Part shown: one piece after another, positions 39,539 through 51,497 of the stretch
Numbering within the stretch: the first letter of the stretch is position 1
Layout of the letters: each line of letters starts with the position of its first letter
Assembly: GCA_043228905.1 (NCBI GenBank)
Contig: JBHGNT010000015.1
Location: 62,001 to 126,000 of the forward strand
Source of the DNA: Azolla caroliniana
Lineage: Eukaryota > Plantae > Polypodiophyta
Length of the DNA: 64,000 nt
Reading direction: 5' to 3'
Translations under genes and position numbers: made by a program
The notes under the pieces: generated by a model
Seen by the model: the letters and a program-made list of their open reading frames with translations, nothing else
The model's database searches: none
What the model was told of the DNA's origin: nothing

Positions 39539-41555
39539 CACACACTAGGAATATCTAATTCGAAGAAAAGAAGAAGATAAGTGCACCGTCGCCGTCGTAC
39601 ATAGCAATGGGAGGAGAAACACACATACGCACATTCTCTGAGTCTCATTATAAATCTTTCTGTTGCACTGATTGAAGAAAAGGTTCACAAATATTAAGAG
39701 TGAATTATTGGATCCTCGAATACTTTACGCATTTGCTTGTTAAAAGGGGCAACGGAATAATATATCATATCGATCGATCGATGTGTCTTGTGTATATATT
39801 CATACGTATAGGTATATAAATCCATTCATAATTAAGGAATCTTGGGAACACTTTTGCTTACATTTAATTAGCTCTTCCTAGGCCTATTTTATATAAATTG
39901 TGTGGTGAGAACTAGTACAAATATCAAGCCAAGTCCTTAATAGAAGAAGACGGTGATAATATCCGACTTAGAAGTTGTGTCTACGACCGACCTAGAAAGA
40001 AACGCACAACAAAAAGGCTGAATGGCTGCAAACTGAAAAGCCTCGAGTCTTGACGTCTTTGTTTTCACTCTAGGAAGACATAAATATATAAGACTAGATA
40101 CATTATTACATGATGGCATCTAAAAGTAGTCTCCACAAAATGTTTAGATTTAGGGATAGCAAGTTCCACAAGGAATTTTTGGGTGTTCGCAAATGTTCTC
40201 TTGTAGAAAGTACTAATTAATCCATTTATATATATGTATATGTATATGTATGTATATATAACCCACTTCTATTCCCTTTTATGTGAAGTAATTACACCCA
40301 GAGAGAGAGAGAGAGAATATCATGCACGTTCTAACTTCTTACTGTCAGCTTAGCCACGTGCATGCATGTATGCATAAAACACTTTTCGTTGGAGTTATCT
40401 ATCACAAGTTTTCTAGTGCATATACATGAAACCTCGGATACACTTCCTGTAGGCATCTTATCCCCTTACTTTGTTTCGAGAAACGTTAATAGTAGTTAAG
40501 ATGCTCAACACTTCATCGTATAAAATGGATCCTATCTTTAGCCTACATTGACCTCACTTCAAAATCTTTGACAATCAATCTCCTTTTGAAGATAGTGATA
40601 AGATGCCATAAGTTGCACTCATTTTCAAACTAAAGCTAGAACTCCTTATCTTTTGTTTCCAACAAAAAATGTTAAGTTCTCATTCAAAGAAACACATGCA
40701 TCTTCTGTGAAGTTAGCCTCTTCTACACTATATACATATATTCAAACACATGGGTGCCATGTGTCTTCAAAGAATTAAGAATATTCTAAAATGATTCTCT
40801 CTCAATCAAATCGAGAAAAGACTCTATTGTGTAGAGTTTCGTTCTTTTACATATTTTTTCCTAATAGAACCTCAAATTAGCCCCATTTAGTTTAATATTT
40901 AATGTATTACTTGAATTTATGTTTTAGCTCGAGTTCTCAAGGACTTACTAGCAATCCACGATCCTTTAGGGAGCAATTGGGGTGCTATCCTTGATCTGAA
41001 TATTTAATTATATATGCCTTCCCAATTTACCCTTCTGGTTCGAGCCATATCGCATGTAACCATATAATACCTAGTCCATGTGTTGAGAGATCAAGCTCAA
41101 CTTAGTTTAGTTAGTTAGTCAACACATGTAACTTAGTAGTTACCTAGATAGAATCTAGTTAGTGTGTTGACCACTCCATGCTCATTTAATATAGGACTTA
41201 CATGTTGTACCTATATTCTCCAACCACATGTGCACCCTTGCACATGAAACCTATATATACCTCATTGAAGGTATTTTTGTATTTGATGATAGTTGATGAT
41301 ATTTACCTTTTAATATACTTTATCATCCCCCATCTTGTTGTTATGTTCATAACTGTACTTCTTTCTCTCTTCCTCTCATGCACACATACACGCACATATC
41401 ACTTAATCTTCCGCTACGTAATCGCTTAACTTAATCACATAATTAGGTAATAATTATTCCTTAATTAATTACCTAATTCTTAACATGGTATCAGAGCGTG
41501 TGGTTTAGAAAATCCCCTAAGCCCACCCGACTCCGTGATTGTGTGTTCGAGACGC

Positions 41556-42259
41556 TGTCATGCCTTTCAGCTCCGGATCGTTGCGTGAGTCGGGTGGGAA
41601 CCGCCGAGGTTTTGGACTAGGAGAAAGAGGAATACAACTTAAGGCTAGTTATGAATAGCGGAAAGAGAAGTAGGATAGCAATCTCGTGAATCCCACGAGT
41701 TTAGTGTAATTAAAACAATATTTAGATTATAAGAACAATTAGATGGCAAAATTCGTGAATCCCACGAATATATTAGATTGATCAATCCTTGTATATTAAT
41801 CAACAACCATATACATATTTCTCTCCTCCTTATATAAAGATGGAAGAGGCTAAGCATGGCTTCATGCTTTTTCACCTAAAGTGTCCATGCACACTAAATG
41901 TGCATGTGATGCTTTGTCATTTCCTAAATATAGGGCTCATGCACGTTAGATGTGCATGAGTCACTTTTAATGTCACGTGTAAATAAAATATTCACACTCT
42001 AAAGAATACATGATTTTTACCTTTTAATAAAGGTATGTGTAAATAAAGGTCTTATACGTATTAAATCTATATTTATAACACTAAAGATAAGTTATTACAA
42101 TGGTAAAGTTGGGGTTTATCTATGTGGAGGTGCATGGTTTGAATCTTGCCCTATGCACGTGATAAATTCTTTTGATATATTATTTATCTAGTTATATGTA
42201 TCTAAAATCGGATATATTATTTTATGGTTTTCACGTAGTGTGTGGAATACACTACGACA
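41556..42259. mobile_element. Solo LTR (family X) inserted in the leader of Copia E
   Basis: TGTC...GACA termini, 4-bp TSD ACGC, homologous over its length to the reverse complement of 54323-55037. Confidence 0.8.
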
Positions 42260-42360
42260 ACGCCGACGACAAAATCCGGCTATCGGCTACCATAGTGCCG
42301 CTATGTAGCACAAGTACGTGATCGAAGAAAGAAGAGCCAGAAAGGAAGACACAAAACAAC

Positions 42361-45219
42361 ATGAACACACAAATGGGTAGCTCGCTCCCTTGCGAAAAGC
42401 TAGACCGGAGCAACTATTCATCTTGGGAGTACAAGATGACCCAATACCTCGTTGGCCAAGGGTATTGGAGCTACATCAACGGTGCACTCGAGACCAAGCC
42501 CGGCATCACAAACGCCAACTACCCAACGTGGGAGCAAGGAGCGACTTGGGTAATGTATTGCTTGGCAACATCTGTCCACGACCACATGCTTAGCCACATT
42601 CGAGATGCCAAGACGCCTAAAGAGGCGTGGGAGAACTTAAAGAAAATGTTTGCCACCAACACGACCGCCCGCAAACTTCAACTCCGGCAAGAGTTGAAGA
42701 ACATTCAGCAAAAAGACATGTCTGTGTTGGACTACACCGACAAAATCAAGAGCATTTGCGACTCGCTTGGCTCCATCAACATAAACGTTGACGAAGACGA
42801 GAGGGTTCAAGTATGCTTGGGCGGCCTCGCACAACGATTGGATCCACTATGGACCGCAATCTTGGTGAGATAAAACCCTCCTTCATTCTTTGACCTCCAA
42901 TCGATGTTATTGGTCGAAGAAAACCACGTCCGAACCAAAAGCAAGGCACCCGAAGGACAAATGTTCTTCTCGAATTCGGATGGTGGTCGAGGAAGAGGTC
43001 GTGGCGGTAGAAGAGGAAGCCATCGAGGAACCTTCGGAAGAAGGGGCAGCTTCCAAGCCAAACAAGGTCGGCAAAATCGGCCAGCAACTTGCAATTATTG
43101 CTGCAAAATCGGCCACCATGAGGCGGAGTGTCGGAAAAAGAGAAGTGAGTCGGCTTGAACAAGTCGACACCTCACAAACTACGCATCGAACTCCAACCAC
43201 GACAACCGTAGTGGAATGTTCACGAATCACGCGTCGAATTTCGACTACGATGATCGTAGTGAAACTTTTACAAATTACGCCCCAAATTCCGACTACGGTG
43301 ACCGTGGCGGAATGTTCGTAATGAGGCATAGAGGGAACTCTATGACGGCCTCCAACTCCGCAAGCACCTCCAACTCGGAAGACGTGTGGTTTGTCGATTC
43401 CGGCGCCTCACATCACATGACATCTCACGAAGAGTGGTTTCATGATTTACGAACGCCGGATCGACCCGGCTTCATAGAGACGGGAGATGACACCTCGTAC
43501 CACATTCGACACATCGGCAATGTCCAATTTGAGAAAGAAGGCGAGCAAACTTGCATCAAGAATGTCTTGCACGTGCCCATAATAACCAAGCATTTGGTCT
43601 TGGTCAGCCAAATCGTGGAGCAAGGCATGCAAGTCCGCTTCAACAATGAAGGTTGTTTCATTGAGAAAGATGGCTGACTCATAGCTAAGGGGTGGAGAGA
43701 CAACTGAATGTTCATCCTCGATTCGAACGAGGTGAAATCGGCAATGTACGCCAAAGGTCTCAAAACCGAGACAAACATCGAGTTGTGGCACAAAAGAATT
43801 GGCCACATCAACCTCCAACGGCTCCGACCTATGCAAACAAAGGGAGTCGTCATCGGACTTCTGACATTCGAGTCGAAACGAATCGACCGAGTATGTGAAG
43901 CATGTCAACTCGGCAAACAACATCGACTCCCATTCCCGAAGGAGAGCTACGCAAGCAAAGGCCTCCTCGACGTCATACACTCGGATGTATGGGGACCGGC
44001 TCAAACGCCAACGATCGGCGGATGCCGATACTATGTAACCTTCATCGACGACTACTCGTGCTATGCGTGGATCTACTCGATGAAGAAGAAGGGCAAAGTG
44101 TTCTCCCACTTCCAAAAGCTCAAGGGGCAAGTCGAAAAAGAAACTGGTCGGCACATTCGATGCCTACGATCGGATGGAGGAAAGGAGTACTTCTCCGACG
44201 AATTCACCTCCTACCTCCAAAGTGAAGGCATTCGGAGAGAATTCTCGTGCTGACACACACCCCAACAAAATGGAGTAGCCGAAAGGAAGAATCGGCAAAT
44301 ACTCGAGGTAGCACGGGCCATGTTACATGAGAAAAACATGCCGAAATTCTATTGGGCCGAAGTGGCATCTATGGCCGTCTATCTCATGAATCGATGCCCC
44401 ACGAATGGAGTGCATGAGCTAACTCCATGTGAGCTCCTTGTTGGAAGGAAGCCGATCCTATCACATCTCAAAGTGTTCAGAAGCATTGCGAATGTACGCA
44501 TCGCGAACAAACAACGATAGAAGCCCGACGCGAAGTCGGAGAGATGTATCCTCGTAGGATACTCGTTCGAGAAGAAGGCGTACAAGTGCTACAACCCATC
44601 GACGTGAGAAGTTCGCGTAAGTCGAGACATAGTCTTCGACGAGTACGCATTCTGGTACGCACCAAAGACCTCTTCGACTCTGACTACGCTCGATGCAGAT
44701 TACACCGAACAAGAGGTAGAAGCTGAAGATCAACTCGTGCATATGAACGAAGAAAGTCCGATTATGACCGAGCTTAGTGGCCCACAAGAATCTTCACGCG
44801 ACCCAAGCACGTCGCGGGCAAGTCCAAAATCGGACAAGGGCAAGGGCAAGATGCCCGAAAACGAAGTCGATCACTCCGACGACAATGATTCGGATGGGTC
44901 GACTCCCTCACTAGACAGTGAGTTTGGTGTACCCATCATGCAGACACCCGGAGTAAAAAAGGCGCTCACATCGGCGAGCGAAAAACTTCGACGCTCTTCT
45001 AGAGAGAAGAATCTCGTCATTAGGCTCGGCTACAACGAGTATATGGCCCATCATTACGGCTTCGCGATGAAGGTAACGGCCGAACAAAAGCTCGATGGCC
45101 CTACGGAAGCCGCTCGTGACCCACGATGGGTGGAAGCAGTTGGCCTTCGCCAATTTCGCACGACAAGCCTTCATCAAAGGCTTGAGAGGGAGGAACAAAA
45201 ACTGCCACGAAAATATTGA
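42361..45219 (+). pseudogene. Copia E gag-PR-integrase, multiple stops
   Basis: EKLDRSNYSSWEYKM, Zn knuckle, WFVDSGAS, LWHKRIGH, HSDVWGP, RSDGGKEY. Homology stops after DPRWVEA, with no YVDD motif. Confidence 0.92.
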
Positions 45220-46161
45220 TGCCAAAATCACACTACCGGCCATCCAAAGCCAAAGCCGAAGCCGATTCAATCCGAATCAAAGATCCAAATGTCGAAAGCC
45301 AAAGCGGACATCGGATGCCCTAAACTTGAACTTGAGGGGGAGTGTTGAGAGATCAAGCTCAACTTAGTTTAGTTAGTTAGTCAACACATGTAACTTAGTA
45401 GTTACCTAGATAGAATCTAGTTAGTGTGTTGACCATAAAGCCTTAATTAGGATTTTGTACGTGAGTGGGATACATTGTAGATCGACCACTCCATCCTCAT
45501 TTAATATAGGACTTACACGTTGTACCTATATTCTCCTAGCACATGTGCACCCTTGCACATGAAACCTATATATACCTCATTGAAGGTATTTTTGTATTTG
45601 ATGATAGTTGATGATATTTGCCTTTTAATATACTTTATCATCCCTCATCTTGTTGTTGTGTTCATAAGTGTACTTCTCTCTCTCTTCCTCTCACGCACAC
45701 ATACACGTACATATCACTTAATCTTCCGCTACGTAATCGCTTAACTTAATCACATAATTAGGAAATAATTATTCCTTAATTAATTACCTAATTCTTAACA
45801 CCATGGATAAATAATAAAATTTGCATGCATGATCTTGTGTACATAATGGTTGCATTAATTTGGTTGATATGGGTTGTACCAGAGGGCCATGGATATTCGA
45901 TTAATTCTTTTAATCCACCAACTTCATATCAATATTTGAAGCATAGGTCTAGTAAGAAGAACACCTCATTCTAGGAAAACTAGTTTAGATATTCCAAAAT
46001 TGGTCCTACCCAATAGCTAGAGAACTTCACACACGATGAACCAATACAAATTGACAAATACTTTCCAAGAAAGGCAAAGGAACTTATCAACTGGTTACTT
46101 GGCTACTCTAGAAACTCAGATTAACCCCAATTTCATTGATGGCTTCCAAATGAAAACCTAT

Positions 46162-46376
46162 CGTTGGGACTTTTGAATACGGAAGTATAATGGATGTATT
46201 CACTATGTCTGGACACACTAGGTTTAGGCTATTTATGTAAATAGTGGAGAGGGTAGTTGCCCTAAGTCAGTTTGTATTTAAACTATCATTTGTAACCTAG
46301 TTTGTTGTTGTTGTTGCCATTTGAATAATACAAGTTGTATACATATTGTGTGCCTCTGAGGCTCTCTCTCTCTCTC

Positions 46377-46412
<36 letters not shown>

Positions 46413-46435
46413 CCCCCTAGTTATGAGCATTTTCA
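46162..46435 (+). mobile_element. Probable LTR related to 48418-48746
   Basis: Shared TGTAAATAGT..TTGCCCTA..GTATTTAAAC..TTGTAAC block, (TC)n tract and TTTTCA end. No TSD found. Confidence 0.55.
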
Positions 46436-46562
46436 TCTGCAACCATCTTTGCCCCGCGGTTCCTCAAACGCAAGGTAGATTTTGAAACCCTAAATCGAGT
46501 GAAAGGTACATTCTCTCACCCTCCCTCTCTGTCTCTCTCTTCCCATAGGGTTTGTCCCTACA

Positions 46563-47930
46563 ATGGCAAACACTCGTAAAGCTGTTGCAAAGTTCGGGGG
46601 TATGATTGATGATGAGCCGAGATCACCAACAAATCTCGATTTCAATGTAGTGGACAAGATGCTTATGAGTCACTTGATTTCTCTTCAAGAAACCATAAAC
46701 AAGCAAGGTGAAGACATTAGGACGTTAATGAAAGAGAAGGATAAGCTCCAAATTGTTGTCATTGAGAATGAAAGTCTTAAGCAAGTGGTTGCAAAACTTG
46801 AAGAAGAGATTCAAGAATGTAAAAGAGCTTCTTTCAAAATAAATGAGCACCTTAACAAGATTGAGTTAAAGGAAGCATTAAAAGAAGAAAATTCGGAGAT
46901 GATGAGGCAGGATGTAAGTGAAATGAAAAATGTATGTACAACGAAGTCATGGGCCGATGTATGTGGTGGGGATGTGGTATCAAACTCATCTAATATGCAT
47001 GTGGTGCATCAAGAGAAGAATATAGAAAGCATAGATGTCTGAGAGTTGAAAGAACATGAATGACGATCAAAGAACATTGTCGTCTGTGGGATTAAAGAAG
47101 AGAGTATGGAAACAGCCACATCCCTTGGAAAGGCCATTGGTGATTTTTTTAGCATGCATTATGGGATGTCAGATGTGAATGTATATGGGGCACACCAAGT
47201 TGGGAAACATGGTGTTACTCTCTCCGGAGAAAGGCCTATTGTATGCACAATGACAAATAATACAAAGCGGTAGATCATACTCAAAAATAGTTGGGTATAC
47301 CTCAAAGGTATACAATGCTTTGTGAGTGAAGATCGTACTATCTCACAACAAAATGCTCGTCGTAAAGCATATGAAGAAAGATTGAAAAATAAGGTTAAGG
47401 ATGTGCCTAAAGATGGAAATGTAGGCAAATAGGGACACGTGACCTATGAGACTAACCCATGCCTTTTACAACTATGCTTTTGGAATGGCAATGGATACCC
47501 ATGGAATCCGGGATTTGGCTTAGAGGAGTTCACCGATGACTCGGATATCACACTTCTTGTTGAAACATGGGAGCATGATACTCAAAGGATTCAAGGTTTG
47601 GGAAACTATAATGTACACTCTTTGATATGGAAGAAAAATCCAAGACAAAGAAGAGGACAAGGAGGGGTGGCATGTTTGATTAAGAAGGAAATAGAGAAAT
47701 ATGTGTCAATCATAAAAAATGATGAACATAAATGCTACATATGGCTCAAAATAGAAACACCTAATGATTTGCCCACTTTTATAGTTGGATGTTACATTCC
47801 TCATCAAGATTCTAACTTTAATGCTTGTTTGGATAAAGATCAACCTTTTGCCAATCTAGAAGATGATATTGCTTATTTCAAATCCAAAGGGAAAGTTATT
47901 GTCTTTGGTGACATGAATGCTCGTACAACG
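46563..47930 (+). mobile_element. LINE 5' fragment: ORF1 plus APE endonuclease (RTEX/L2-like), 3'-truncated
   Basis: ORF1 is a coiled coil followed by SKNIVVCGIKEE...RPIVC...FVSED with stops. ORF2 has FWNGNG, LVETW, GGVACL, CYIP and GDMNART. Confidence 0.85.
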
Positions 47931-48022
47931 ATGCGAGGGCTAGATCCGACTGGTCTTCCCGAATGTCGTCTAGCGGAATGAAACATGGATGGGGTTGTAC
48001 TAGAGACTAAGAGGATTAGTAC

Positions 48023-48068
<46 letters not shown>

Positions 48069-48148
48069 TATCTGCATTAGTATGAGATGTAGAGAGAAGG
48101 GAGAGAGACTATGAGAGAATCACGAGAGACAGAGAGAGAGAGGCCCAC

Positions 48149-48221
48149 ATGGATGTAGCTCAGTTGGTAAGGTTGCCCAATAGAGACCAGGTGGTCATGG
48201 GTTCAACCCCTACATTCCACA
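48149..48221 (+). pseudogene. tRNA-derived sequence (SINE-head-like)
   Basis: A box TAGCTCAGTTGG at 48156 and B box GGTTCAACCCC at 48200. Stems imperfect. Confidence 0.7.
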
Positions 48222-48269
48222 GTGGCATCTAGTGAAATAGAGATATATATGAAGTATATAATAGAGAGG

Positions 48270-48341
48270 TGAGGAAATTGGGTTTCGAACCTAAGACACA
48301 GTGCTTGTAGTGTTATCGACTTACCACTAGGGTAAACTAAT
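48270..48341 (-). pseudogene. tRNA-derived sequence (SINE-head-like), convergent with 48149-48221
   Basis: On the minus strand, A-box-like TACCCTAGTGG and B box GGTTCGAAACC are 43 nt apart. Confidence 0.6.
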
Positions 48342-48610
48342 TACAATAAAAAGAGAGAGAGTGTGTGTGTATGTGTGTGTGTGGAAGAGAGAAGTATGAT
48401 AACAGAGAGTATATTATTGTTGAGAGTCGAACTCAACTTCCCATAGTAATAGGTTTCACACTAGCTCATGGTCATACCAGGCTAGATTTGTAAATAGTAG
48501 AAAGGGCAATTGCCCTAGTTTAGTTGGTATTTAAACCAACCTCTTGTAACTTAGTTACTGTTGGAAGTATTTTGGTTAATGTAATATACAGTCTTTTATC
48601 TCCGTCTTAA

Positions 48611-48658
<48 letters not shown>

Positions 48659-48664
48659 GCCTTA

Positions 48665-48702
<38 letters not shown>

Positions 48703-49726
48703 CCTTCCGTTGTATCTCAGCCACTCTTGCTCCTCATTTGTTTTCATGGTATTGGAACGTGTGGTTGCTTAATTGAATCTATTCAATTGTGTTGTGGTAC
48801 ACATCGGCTCATCAACAGAGAAGAAATCGACATAATGAACACTCAAATGGGAAATGCTCTTCCTACCGAAAAGCTTGACAGAATGAATTTTGCATCTTGG
48901 GAATACAAGATGCATCAATACCTTGTCGGACAAGGTTACTAGAGCTACATTGAAGCAGTTCACGAAACCCAACCCAACCCAACACACGCCGACTATCCCG
49001 CTTGAGAGCAGGCCGCAAGCCGTGTGTTGTATTGCCTTGCATCATGTGTTCATGATCATATGCTTGGATATATTGAGATTCGAAAACACCGAAAGAAGCT
49101 TGGGGAAATCTCAAGAAGATTTTTGCGGCCAACACTGCTGCATGAAAGCTCCAACTTCGATAGGTGCTAAACAACATGCAACAGAGGGACATGTCAATCA
49201 CCGGCTATACCATTTGATGCCCTCGGTTCGATTAATGTCGTAATCGACGATGATGAGATGGTGCAAATATGCCTCGGCGGCTTAGCACCCCGATTTGGCT
49301 CGATTAGTTCGGCCATCCTTGCAAGGGAGAACCCTCCTTCATTTTTCGATCTCCAATCAATATTGTTGGTTGAGGAGAATCACGCCCGACAAAGGAGCAA
49401 CGCATCCGAGGGTCATATGCTCTACTCCCAGTCGGATGATAGAAGAAATTTCGGCCATGGAAATAGAGCTCGATTTGAACAAGGCCGTAATGGTCGGCAA
49501 ACTCAAGAGCATAACCCCCACCAATGGCAAGCGGACAGGAACGGTCCTAGAGAGTTCGGTAGAAGGGGGAGTCATCATGCCGGACTGAGCAATCGTAACA
49601 ACCTGATCGAATGCGGGTACTGTGGAAAACACAACCACTATGAAGAGGAGTGCCATAAAAAGGTACAAGACTCGGCTTCAACTAGTTGATAGCTCACGAA
49701 CTACGCATTGAATTCCGACTACAACA

Positions 49727-50397
49727 TGTTGGTAGACAGGTCCCTCCGGATGGGAAGGGAGAAGAACAGTGCCGACGAACAAACTCGGCCGAGGCCGAAA
49801 CGGTATGAACCGGATGGGGAGAACCCGACTTCGGAGAGTCGGGTGGTGTAGGCCCGGTATGAACCGGATGAGGAGTACCCGACTGCGGAGAGTCGGATGG
49901 TGTAGGCCCGGTATGAACCGGATGAGGAATACCCGACTGCGGAGAGCCGGATGGAGCCCATCGAGGCTACATTTGTAAATAGCCGAAAAGTCATATTAGT
50001 ATAAATATGACTTAGGGCAAACTTTTAGTTTTTTTTTGGAGTAGTTGTCGTTGTTGTTGTTGTTGTTGGTGCAAGAAGAAATCAGAGCACGTAACTGTAC
50101 AGAGAGAGAGAGAGAGAGACGAGGTCGTTGCCTCTGTTGTAACCGCTGCCTGTGGCGAAGATCTGAGAGCACGAGGTCGTTGCCTCAGTGATCTCACTGT
50201 TGTATATTTCTACATAGCGACAGTTTGCAGCTTGTGGGCTGCCGTGGTTTTTTCCCCTATTTTGGGGTTTTCCACATATACCTCCTGTGTACCATTTCTC
50301 CTCTTTTGTGTCGTGTTTCATTACCTGTTTTTCTGTGTATGTAAAGAATCTCGGTTGTGGCCGAGCGTCGGACATAAGGAACGTCAAGTTCTCAACA
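49727..50397 (+). mobile_element. Solo LTR, family-1-related Copia
   Basis: TGTTG...CAACA termini, TSD CAACA/CGACA. Shares the TTTGTAAATAGCCGAAAAGTCATAT..TATAAATATGACTTAGGGCAAAC core with the A/B LTRs. About 3 x 54-bp units. Confidence 0.88.
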
Positions 50398-50717
50398 CGA
50401 CAATCGTAGTGAAATGTTTACGAATTACCCTACGAATTCCAACTACGAAGATCATGGCGGAATGTTCGTAATGAGACACGAAGCACACTCGATGTCAGCA
50501 CAAGATTCAACTAGTGCCTCCGACTCAAATAACGTATGATTTGTCGATTTGGGAGCATCCAATCACATGACGTCTCATGAAGATTGGTTTCGGGAACTAC
50601 GGAAGCCCGAACGTCTCGGATATGTCAAAACAGGAGATGACACGACTCATCCAATACAGCATATCGAGAACATCCCATTCGGAAACGACGGAAAACAAAC
50701 CTACCTCAAGAATGTAC

Positions 50718-51497
50718 TGTTGGGAGACAGGTCCCTCTGGATGGGAAGGGAGAAGAACAATGCGGATGAGGAGTACCTGGCTACGAAGAGCTGGATGGTG
50801 CAGAACCGGTGAGAACCGGATGAGGAGTACCCGGCTTCGGAGAGCCGGATGGTGCAGACCCGGTGAGAACCGGATGAGGAGTACCCGGCTACGGAGAGCC
50901 GGATGGTGCAGACCCGGTGAGAACCAGATGAGGAGTACCCGGCTTCGGAGAGCCGGATGGTGCAGACCCGGTGAGAACCGGATGAGGAGTACCCGGCTAC
51001 GGAGAGCCGGATGGTGCAGACCCGGTGAGGAGTGCTCACAGGATGGAGAGACATATTCGTAAATATGTTTCTGAGAGTCCATCGAGGCTATATTTGTAAA
51101 TAGCCGAAAAGTCATATTAGTATAAATATGACTTAGGGCAAACTTATTGAGTGTGATGTAGGTGTGTTGTTATTCTTGTCTGTGTGAGATCAGAGTGCGC
51201 AACCGTGTACAGAGAGAGAGAGAGGAAGAGGTCGTTGCCTCTGTTGTAACCACCGCCTGTGGCGAAGATAGAAAGCTCGAGGTCGTTGCCTCGGTGCTTT
51301 ACTGTTGTACACTGTAACATAGTGATAGTTTTGCAGCTTGTGGGCTGCCGTGGTTTTTCCCTAGTTTGGGTTTTCCACGTAAACATCCTGTGTACTCTTC
51401 TCTTCACTGTGTCGTGCATTCTTACCTGTTTTTCTGTGTTTGATTTTAGACTCGGTTGTGGCCGAGCGTCATTCATCGGAGCGTGTAGTTCCCGTCA
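50718..51497 (+). mobile_element. Solo LTR, family-1-related Copia
   Basis: TG...CA termini, perfect TSD TGTAC, same promoter core, about 5 x 54-bp tandem units (50760-51028). Confidence 0.92.

Larger units (their letters stand above)
41081..45800 (+). mobile_element. Ty1/Copia E (family 2) with both LTRs, lacking RT/RNase H
   Basis: LTRs 41081-41485 and 45343-45800, TSD CCATG, PBS TGGTATCAGAGC 41486-41497, PPT 45334-45342. Confidence 0.95.

Noticed and set aside
34100-41000. Conserved miRNA precursor
   Set aside because: No match seen by eye to miR156/160/166/171/319/390/408/529/535/536, and no long hairpin.
41610-42250. Helitron (CTAG end plus hairpin)
   Set aside because: Homology with 54323-55037 extends to TGTC...GACA termini and a 4-bp TSD is present, which fits a solo LTR.
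48149-48341. Functional tRNA genes
   Set aside because: Acceptor, anticodon and T stems do not pair properly; kept only as tRNA-derived sequence.
50760-51028. CRISPR-like array or repeat-protein ORFs (MRSTRLRRAGWCRPGENR)n
   Set aside because: Head-to-tail 54-bp units without unique spacers inside an LTR; the ORFs are by-products of the repeat.
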